DNA of 64,000 bases, from NCBI GenBank assembly GCA_963805365.1, contig CAWDTY010000011.1, positions 988,760 to 1,052,759 of the forward strand, written 5' to 3'. The position numbers and the translations under genes were made by a program. Below, one piece after another: positions 57,276 through 64,000 of the stretch (position 1 is the stretch's first letter; each line of letters starts with the position of its first letter). The DNA is from an uncultured Chitinophagaceae bacterium (GTDB lineage: Bacteria > Bacteroidota > Bacteroidia > Chitinophagales > Chitinophagaceae). The notes under the pieces are model-generated. The model worked only from the letters and a program-made list of their open reading frames with translations, was not told the origin of the DNA and made no database searches.

Positions 57276-59849
57276 ATGAAGTCTATTTTACTATTTACCA
57301 TAGCTTTTTCCTATTCATTCACTTCCCAGTGCCAGATAGACAAGGAGCCCATTCCGGAAAACGATAATTCCGTTATTCGCATTGCTTCAAAGAACAGGGT
57401 ATATGGTAAGGTTATTGATTTGCAAAAAAAACCGGTAGAGTCTGCAAGCGTTCAAATAATTGCAATAGTGAAAGATTTAAACGGCATGCAAGCTAAAGAT
57501 TCTACGGTGGCTGCGATGTTAACAAGGCCTAACGGCGATTTTAATTTTCAAAACATTCCTCAATCTGATAGCTTACAAATCGTAATATCTGCGATAGGAT
57601 ATAGCCCTCACAGGGATTATATTTCTTTTGAAAAAAATGAAAGCGGCGTTGTTGGAAATAGCCAGGTAAAAGATATTGGAAACATCGTTATGGTGCAACA
57701 GGCACAGAAGCTAGACGCAGTTACCATCGTACTTGATAAACCTGCGTTGCAAATGGGAATTGATAAAAAAATATTTGATGTGGATAAAAGCCTTACTTCA
57801 AAAGGCGGCACAGCCGTTGATATCATGAAAAATATCCCCTCGGTATCTGTAGATGTTGATGGAAATGTTGAGTTGCGAAATTCCTCACCTACTATTTTTA
57901 TCGATGGACGACCTACCATTTTAACGCTCGATCAAATTCCATCAGATAATATTGATCGTGTAGAACTCATTACAAATCCTTCAGCAAAATATGATGCCTC
58001 CAGTACCGGCGGAATCATTAATATTATTCTTAAGAAAAATAAACGCACCGGTCTGAACGGCTTAGTGTCGGTGGCTGCTGGTACCCAAAGCATACTTTCC
58101 GGCAATGCCAACATCAATCTAAGGCAAGGAAAATTAAATTTTTTCCTTAGCGGAAATTATAATCAATCCGGAGGAAAATCAGATAGTAAAAGTTTCAGGC
58201 AAAACAGGAATGACGGAATTACTGAAAATTATTTTAATCAATATTCAAATAATGAACGCACAAGAAAGTTTACATCAGTAAGATTTGGGATTGACTATTT
58301 TATCGATAACAGGAATACATTTACCGTATCTCAAGGCTTGGTACAGGGAAGGTTTACTAATACTGAATCTCAAAATCAGGAATACCTGAATAGTAATAAA
58401 ATAATGGAACGATATGGCGAGAGAACCTCTGATAGCAGGTTCCAGTTTAACAGGTATAATACACAAGGTAATTACACACATAAATTTCCAAAGGAAGGTG
58501 AAGAAATAAATGCAAGTGTTGATATTAACTATGGTGACGTAAAAGATAATTCTAGTATTCTTAATACATTTTACTTACCCGATGGGTCTTTATACAGTGA
58601 TCCAAATATCGTAAGGAACCAGGGAGCGAATAACAATAACCAGGTTACTGCGAAAATCGATTTTGTGAATCCGCTTAAAGACGAAAATAAAATAGAAACT
58701 GGTTTGCGCAGCTATACAAATAATTACACAAGTTATTTTAATTCATTTGCCCTCACTAACGGATCCGAAATAAAATTGCCTCTTAGTAATAATTATAAAT
58801 ACACCGAAATGGTGCACGCAGCCTATTTTACTTATACAGGTAAAATTAAAAGTATCGGATACCAGGCTGGCCTCAGGGGCGAGTATTCAAAATTTACGGG
58901 CACACTTATCGATAGTGCCAAAACATTTGGTTATGAATATCCGAGTCAATTAAAAAATATATGGGATGCTCTATTTCCAAGTTTATATCTTTCAAAAAAA
59001 TTAAATGACAATGAAGAAATTCAGCTTAATTATTCCCGCCGGGTGCGTAGACCGAATTTCTGGCAATTAAATCCGTTTATTGATATTAATGATCCATTAA
59101 ATATACAACAGGGAAATCCCCAACTAAAGCCTGAATTTACCAACTCGCTTGAATTCAACTATAGTAAGACTTTTAAAAACAGGAGTAATTTTCTTGCAAC
59201 ACTGTATTATCGTAATACACAACAAGATATAACCCGATATAGTGACACTATAACAGATGCGCAGTTTCAGCAATTAAATAATGCTGCAGTTGATCCCAAC
59301 GCGATATTGAATACATTCATTAACGCACAAAGCACCAACAGGATGGGGCTGGAGCTTACACTGCAGCAAAAGTTCAGTAAAAATTTCGATGTTACGCCCT
59401 CGGTGAGTGTGGGGTATCGTACAGTAAAGGCGAATGTGAGCCAACAAAACCTAAGTAATGACGGCTTCAACTGGAGTACCAAACTCACTGCCAATTATAA
59501 GATTGAAACCAAAAATCCTTCTGTCTTCAATAAGTTGAGCGTCCAGGTCACCGGGCAATATGAATCTCCGCGTATTATACCGCAAGGCAAAAGACTAGAG
59601 CAATTCGATTCAGACTTTGCGCTAAGAAAGGATTTATTTAAGAACAATAAGGGTTCATTGACTTTCGCTATTAATGATATTTTTAATACCCATCGCTACG
59701 GCGTAATTTACGATACTGAGACCTTTTACCAGGAATCCTATCGCCGCTGGAGTGTAAGAAGATTCCGGATCACTTTCAGTTATAAGTTTGGCGATAGTGA
59801 ATTTTCATTATTCAAAAAAGGCAGGGATAACCGGGAAAGAGAAGATTAA
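57276..59849 (+). CDS. outer-membrane beta-barrel family protein (CarboxypepD_reg plus TonB-dependent-receptor-like), paralog 3
   Basis: 'MKSILLFTIAFSYSFTSQ' signal, plus 'VYGKVIDLQKKPVESASV', 'IPSVSVDVDGNVELRNS' and 'DPLNIQQGNPQLKPEF'. Confidence 0.8.
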   Translation: MKSILLFTIAFSYSFTSQCQIDKEPIPENDNSVIRIASKNRVYGKVIDLQKKPVESASVQIIAIVKDLNGMQAKDSTVAAMLTRPNGDFNFQNIPQSDSLQIVISAIGYSPHRDYISFEKNESGVVGNSQVKDIGNIVMVQQAQKLDAVTIVLDKPALQMGIDKKIFDVDKSLTSKGGTAVDIMKNIPSVSVDVDGNVELRNSSPTIFIDGRPTILTLDQIPSDNIDRVELITNPSAKYDASSTGGIINIILKKNKRTGLNGLVSVAAGTQSILSGNANINLRQGKLNFFLSGNYNQSGGKSDSKSFRQNRNDGITENYFNQYSNNERTRKFTSVRFGIDYFIDNRNTFTVSQGLVQGRFTNTESQNQEYLNSNKIMERYGERTSDSRFQFNRYNTQGNYTHKFPKEGEEINASVDINYGDVKDNSSILNTFYLPDGSLYSDPNIVRNQGANNNNQVTAKIDFVNPLKDENKIETGLRSYTNNYTSYFNSFALTNGSEIKLPLSNNYKYTEMVHAAYFTYTGKIKSIGYQAGLRGEYSKFTGTLIDSAKTFGYEYPSQLKNIWDALFPSLYLSKKLNDNEEIQLNYSRRVRRPNFWQLNPFIDINDPLNIQQGNPQLKPEFTNSLEFNYSKTFKNRSNFLATLYYRNTQQDITRYSDTITDAQFQQLNNAAVDPNAILNTFINAQSTNRMGLELTLQQKFSKNFDVTPSVSVGYRTVKANVSQQNLSNDGFNWSTKLTANYKIETKNPSVFNKLSVQVTGQYESPRIIPQGKRLEQFDSDFALRKDLFKNNKGSLTFAINDIFNTHRYGVIYDTETFYQESYRRWSVRRFRITFSYKFGDSEFSLFKKGRDNRERED

Positions 59850-60005
59850 ATAGAATTTTTTTTGATAATAGATAACAGGAATAATTAAGCACCTTTTGAA
59901 GGTTAGGGGCGCCTAAAAATCTGTTGTTTTCTGTTTTTGGGGGAAATGATCTTGGCCTTAGCAAAAATTAATTGAGTTACAATATAGTAGCTACAAGGTG
60001 CTAAA

Positions 60006-60031
60006 TAAAAAACCCACTTGTAAAAGTGGGT
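60006..60031 (-). terminator. intrinsic terminator
   Basis: ACCCACTT-gtaa-AAGTGGGT, with the T-run on the minus strand only. Confidence 0.65.
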
Positions 60032-60108
60032 CGCAAATAATTAAATCATTCAATGTCAGATAGCTGAACAAAGAATTCTTATTAGAAGCAATAAAGATCT
60101 GAGTTTAA

Positions 60109-60321
60109 TCAGGCATTTTCTTCAACCTGCTTAACACCATTCTTATATTCTCCAAGAATAACTACTTTCTTAAATCTTGAATACTGTTTTGCGGCGATTT
60201 CCATTGCCTCTTCGCTTTCGCTTCTCAACTTTAAGCCTTTACCGTCTGGTGAATTATAAATTTCTATATAAAACCCATCTCTTAAAGTAATTGCCCTTTC
60301 TCTTGGTCTTCCTGTTCTCAT
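60109..60321 (-). CDS. hypothetical small protein (70 aa)
   Basis: ORF followed by a terminator at an appropriate distance. No recognisable motif. Confidence 0.45.
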   Translation of the reverse strand: MRTGRPRERAITLRDGFYIEIYNSPDGKGLKLRSESEEAMEIAAKQYSRFKKVVILGEYKNGVKQVEENA

Positions 60322-60546
60322 TTTATTCTGTTTTTAAGGTTATAATGATTATTGATTTTGTACTGAAAATGTTTCAGCTTAATTTATCAATACAAAATCC
60401 TGACTTATGACAATATTAAGTGTGTTTTTGTTCAAAAAAATGAATTTTTTTTATCGCCACATAAGCTTAACAACTAATTCACATTAAAACTACACCACCG
60501 AAAGGTATTCTATTTTTGCCAAATTAAATCAAAACCCAATTCTTGA

Positions 60547-61875
60547 TCAATATCTGTACATTTCCGGCTTGTAAGGTCCTTCTTTGGAAATTCCTAAATA
60601 TTTGCTCTGTTCTGTAGTAAGTTCTTCAAGTTCAACACCGATCTTACTCAAATGCAGGCGTGCGACTTTTTCGTCAAGATGCTTGGGAAGTACATAAACT
60701 TTATTTTCATACTTGTCGCCCTGTAACCATAATTCGAGTTGGGCAAGAACCTGGTTAGTAAATGAATTACTCATTACAAAACTTGGGTGGCCTGTAGCGC
60801 ATCCTAAATTAACAAGGCGTCCTTCTGCTAACACGATAATATCTTTCCCGTCAATTGTATACATGTCAACCTGTGGCTTGATGGTATCTTTTGTGTGGCC
60901 ATAATTTTCATTAATCCACGCGATATCAATTTCAATATCGAAATGCCCGATGTTACATACAATTGCCTTATCTTTCATTGCAAGAAAATGCTCTTTTCTT
61001 ATAAGGTCACGGCATCCTGAAGCAGTAACGATAATGTCAGCCTCTTTTACCGCATCTATCATTTTCTTCACTTCGTAACCGTCCATAGCTGCCTGCAAAG
61101 CACAAATAGGATCAATTTCAGTTACAATTACTCTTGCACCGGCACCACGCAAACTTGCCGCAGAACCTTTCCCCACGTCGCCATATCCACCCACAACTGC
61201 AACTTTACCTGCCATCATAATGTCGGTTGCCCTTCTTATTGCATCCACAAGACTTTCTTTGCAACCGTATTTGTTATCGAATTTAGATTTGGTAACAGAA
61301 TCATTAATGTTAATCGCAGGAATAGGTAATGTGCCTTTTTCCATCCTTTCATACAGCCTGTGAACGCCTGTAGTTGTCTCTTCTGACAAGCCTTTTACAT
61401 GTTGTATCAGTTCAGGGTATTGATCAAAAACCATATTGGTCAGGTCACCACCGTCATCTAATATCATGTTAAGCGGGCGGTCTTCGCTTCCGAAGAATAA
61501 AGTTTGCTCAATACACCAATCGCTCTCAGCTTGTGTTTGACCTTTCCATGCGAATACACCTATTCCTTCTGCAGCCACAGCGGCGGCAGCCTGATCCTGC
61601 GTAGAAAATATGTTGCACGAGCTCCATTTTACTTCAGCGCCTAACTCGATTAAAGTTTCAATCAGCACAGCAGTTTGAATGGTCATGTGCAGGCAGCCTG
61701 CTATACGGGCGCCTTTCAATGGTTTGTCTTTACCAAATTCTTCCCTTAAAGACATAAGGCCTGGCATTTCAGCTTCAGCCAGCTTAATTTCTTTACGGCC
61801 CCATTCAGCAAGACTCATATCCTTAACCTTATTTTTAAGGCTAAAATCAATTCTGTTTTTTGTAGTTGTTGACAT
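60547..61875 (-). CDS. ahcY: adenosylhomocysteinase
   Basis: '[19 protein letters not shown]', 'ILDDGGDLT' and NAD site '[13 protein letters not shown]', with a C-terminal 'YRY'. I chose the start at 'MSTTTKNR'. Confidence 0.95.
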   Translation of the reverse strand: MSTTTKNRIDFSLKNKVKDMSLAEWGRKEIKLAEAEMPGLMSLREEFGKDKPLKGARIAGCLHMTIQTAVLIETLIELGAEVKWSSCNIFSTQDQAAAAVAAEGIGVFAWKGQTQAESDWCIEQTLFFGSEDRPLNMILDDGGDLTNMVFDQYPELIQHVKGLSEETTTGVHRLYERMEKGTLPIPAININDSVTKSKFDNKYGCKESLVDAIRRATDIMMAGKVAVVGGYGDVGKGSAASLRGAGARVIVTEIDPICALQAAMDGYEVKKMIDAVKEADIIVTASGCRDLIRKEHFLAMKDKAIVCNIGHFDIEIDIAWINENYGHTKDTIKPQVDMYTIDGKDIIVLAEGRLVNLGCATGHPSFVMSNSFTNQVLAQLELWLQGDKYENKVYVLPKHLDEKVARLHLSKIGVELEELTTEQSKYLGISKEGPYKPEMYRY

Positions 61876-61993
61876 AGTGATTTTTTTAAGGCACAAATTT
61901 ACTCTATAGCAGGATAAATTCCTAAGTATAGAGATAAGTTCAGGATAAAACAATTATATTCATCTATAATAAAGAATAAACAGCCAAAGTTAT

Positions 61994-62494
61994 ATGTCAA
62001 AAGCGGAGCAAAAAGAAAAAATGCCGAATTCTGAGTTTGCATTAGACACTAAAGATCTTGCAATATTGAGACTGTTGCAGGAAAATGCAAGGATTACGAT
62101 AAAAGAAATATCAGCGAAAGTGCACCTTAGCACAACACCTGTACATGAACGAATAAAAAGGATGGAAGACTCCGGGGTTATCAAACAATATGCAACACTA
62201 GTAGATCATGCAAAAGTGAAAAGAGGACTGATAGTGATCTGCTATGTCTCACTTAAACAACATAGTAAAAATGCCGGCGTAAAATTTATTAAAACAATAC
62301 ATGAATTAAATGAAGTAGTAGAATGTTTCAGCATTTCCGGCGAATTTGATTTTATGCTTAAAGTTGCTTGCGAAGACATGAATACCTATTACGACTTCCA
62401 TGTAAATAAGCTAAGCCAGATAGAAAACATGGGCCATGTACAAAGTGTTTTTGTAATGGGTGTAATAAAACAAACCCACCAGTTGGTTTATTGA
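61994..62494 (+). CDS. Lrp/AsnC-family transcriptional regulator
   Basis: 'LDTKDLAILRLLQENARITIKEISAKVHLSTTPVHERIKRME' (HTH) plus an RAM/ACT-like C-terminal domain. Confidence 0.85.
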   Translation: MSKAEQKEKMPNSEFALDTKDLAILRLLQENARITIKEISAKVHLSTTPVHERIKRMEDSGVIKQYATLVDHAKVKRGLIVICYVSLKQHSKNAGVKFIKTIHELNEVVECFSISGEFDFMLKVACEDMNTYYDFHVNKLSQIENMGHVQSVFVMGVIKQTHQLVY

Positions 62495-62521
62495 GCTATC
62501 GATTTAATAGCTATCTACCAG

Positions 62522-63271
62522 TTACCCACTTATCATTTTCAAAAATTCTTCCTTCTTCCGCCGCGAAATATCGATAAGAGTTCCATCCAGCAGCATTACG
62601 TGGCCACCCTTACTTCGCATATATTTTTTTATATAATTGAGATTTATCAGGTGTGAATTGTGTATGCGGTAAAAATTGTAGGGAACAAGCATTTCCTCAA
62701 AATCTTTTAGAATTTTTGATACCATTAAACTTTTATTTTCAGGGAGATAAATCTTACTGTAGTTGGATTTTGATTCAATGTGAAGGATATTTTTTATAGG
62801 AACAAATTCAATTCCTTCTGATGTTGAAATCGCAATTTTGTCCTCCTGGCTTTTATTATCACTTAATGATTTTTTTAGTATGTCTATTTTTTCTTTTGTT
62901 TGTATGTCATGTGTTTTTTTCAATCGCTCTATTGCTTTTTGCAGATCTTCAATGCCAATTGGTTTTACAAGATAATCGAAGGCACTTATGCGGATTGCAT
63001 CTATCGAATAGTGATTGTAGGCCGTAGTAAATATGATTTCAAAATCATATTCGCCTATCTCTTCCAGCATTCTGAAGCCACTCATCCGCGGCATTTCGAT
63101 GTCAAGAAACACAACATCAGGATTGTACTGCCGTATTAGCAACAAACCCTCTTCTGGTTTTTGGGATACTGCTATTACATTTACATCAGGGCAAAATCCT
63201 TCGAGCTTTTGTTGAAGGTTTTGCAGGCTGTTGAATTCATCATCGATGAGTATTGCTCTTATCTTTTCCAT
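62522..63271 (-). CDS. LytTR-family response regulator
   Basis: Receiver ('AILIDDE', 'VFLDIEMPRMSG') plus LytTR domain ('ILHIESKSNYSKIY', 'FYRIHNSHLINL'). Confidence 0.85.
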   Translation of the reverse strand: MEKIRAILIDDEFNSLQNLQQKLEGFCPDVNVIAVSQKPEEGLLLIRQYNPDVVFLDIEMPRMSGFRMLEEIGEYDFEIIFTTAYNHYSIDAIRISAFDYLVKPIGIEDLQKAIERLKKTHDIQTKEKIDILKKSLSDNKSQEDKIAISTSEGIEFVPIKNILHIESKSNYSKIYLPENKSLMVSKILKDFEEMLVPYNFYRIHNSHLINLNYIKKYMRSKGGHVMLLDGTLIDISRRKKEEFLKMISG

Positions 63272-63272
63272 T

Positions 63273-64000
63273 TTAAGTCGCTTTTATTTTTACCTCAACC
63301 CTTGTGCCAACCGGGTTGTTATTGCCATCGACCAGGTCGAAAATTTTTACATAGCCGTTTGCATTGTGTTCCTGGTTATATAATTGAATTCGGTCCTCAG
63401 TTATTTTTAGCCCGACACTTTTATGACGAAGCTTATTAAGTTTATTGTAATCTGCCGCCTGGGCTCTGCCTATTCCATTGTCCTTAATTATATACTTTAT
63501 ATAGTCATCTTCAAGCGAGGCAGAAACTATTAATTTCAAATCACTCCTGTCGCTATGCGCCATTCCATGTACAATAGCATTTTCAACATACGGCTGTATT
63601 AATAATGATGGAACATAATAATCTCCTCTTAGGAGTTCGGGGTCAATATTTTCCTGGTAACAAAACTTATTGTGAAAACGCATTTGCTCCAGGTCAATAT
63701 ATAATTTTAATGCTTCGAGGTCGAGTAAAACGGTGGTTAGTTCATTACGGCTGCTCTCGAGTATTGTTCTTATGAGTAGCGCGAACTTGTGCATATAATC
63801 GCTTGCCTTTCTTTTCTCGTTCTGCATCATAAAATTTTCAATGCTGTTAAGGCTGTTGAAAATAAAATGAGGGTTCATTTGTGCACGGAGCGATTGTATT
63901 TGCGACTCAGCAATTTTTTGTTTGAAAAGAAATTCGGCCCTTTTCTTTTTGGATTGAAATGATTTGTTGATAAAAAATGCGATGATAATTGTGAGAAACA
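63273..64000 (-). CDS. sensor histidine kinase (LytS/YehU-type His_kinase plus HATPase_c), with the N-terminus beyond the window
   Basis: 'MNPHFIFNSLNSI' (PF06580-type H-box), 'LLIQPYVENAIVHG' and 'DNGIG'. The frame stays open upstream to the window end. Confidence 0.8.
   Translation of the reverse strand, partial: FLTIIIAFFINKSFQSKKKRAEFLFKQKIAESQIQSLRAQMNPHFIFNSLNSIENFMMQNEKRKASDYMHKFALLIRTILESSRNELTTVLLDLEALKLYIDLEQMRFHNKFCYQENIDPELLRGDYYVPSLLIQPYVENAIVHGMAHSDRSDLKLIVSASLEDDYIKYIIKDNGIGRAQAADYNKLNKLRHKSVGLKITEDRIQLYNQEHNANGYVKIFDLVDGNNNPVGTRVEVKIKAT

Noticed and set aside
59888-60001. Long-range 8-bp complementarity (AGCACCTT ... AAGGTGCT) downstream of the third OMP gene, suggesting a structured RNA
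   Set aside because: It is a single short helix in an AT-rich spacer, at a level expected by chance. I saw no supporting internal helices or terminator on the plus strand.
61876-61993. SAH riboswitch upstream of ahcY
   Set aside because: Only about 118 bp separate ahcY from the divergent Lrp gene. I could not find the conserved SAH-element pseudoknot or helices, and this riboswitch class is characteristic mainly of Proteobacteria.

Overview
An AT-rich chromosomal segment from a Bacteroidota genome, probably Chitinophagia or Sphingobacteriia-like. The lineage call rests on a T9SS C-terminal sorting domain, a GLPGLI protein, three CarboxypepD_reg/OMP_b-brl_3 outer-membrane barrels, a lipoprotein-type Omp85 (TamL-like), TAnnTTTG -7 promoter boxes and a Bacteroid-trp-type leader. 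Content is mostly housekeeping. The centrepiece is a complete tryptophan operon, trpE-G-D-C-F-B-(GNAT)-A, preceded by a 15-codon Trp-Trp leader peptide and an attenuator terminator. Other calls include an SRP RNA, pdxJ, ahcY, cbpA/cbpM, transaldolase, an M16 peptidase, two two-component systems (OmpR-type and LytTR-type) and one intact IS4-family insertion sequence. I found no tRNA, rRNA, CRISPR array or recognisable defence island. Three things stand out. First, the 880-bp gap at 43.7-44.5 kb holds a tandem pair of diverged ~380-bp noncoding modules with covarying terminator hairpins, promoter-like boxes and a repeated 9-mer, which I read as candidate duplicated sRNA genes. Second, about twenty reading-frame breaks interrupt conserved genes, several at short homopolymers, so assembly indel error is more likely than biology. 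Third, there are short hairpin-repeat families: a MITE-like 307-bp element and REP-like elements inside the trp operon. Functional calls come from motif recognition by eye, because no searches could be run.
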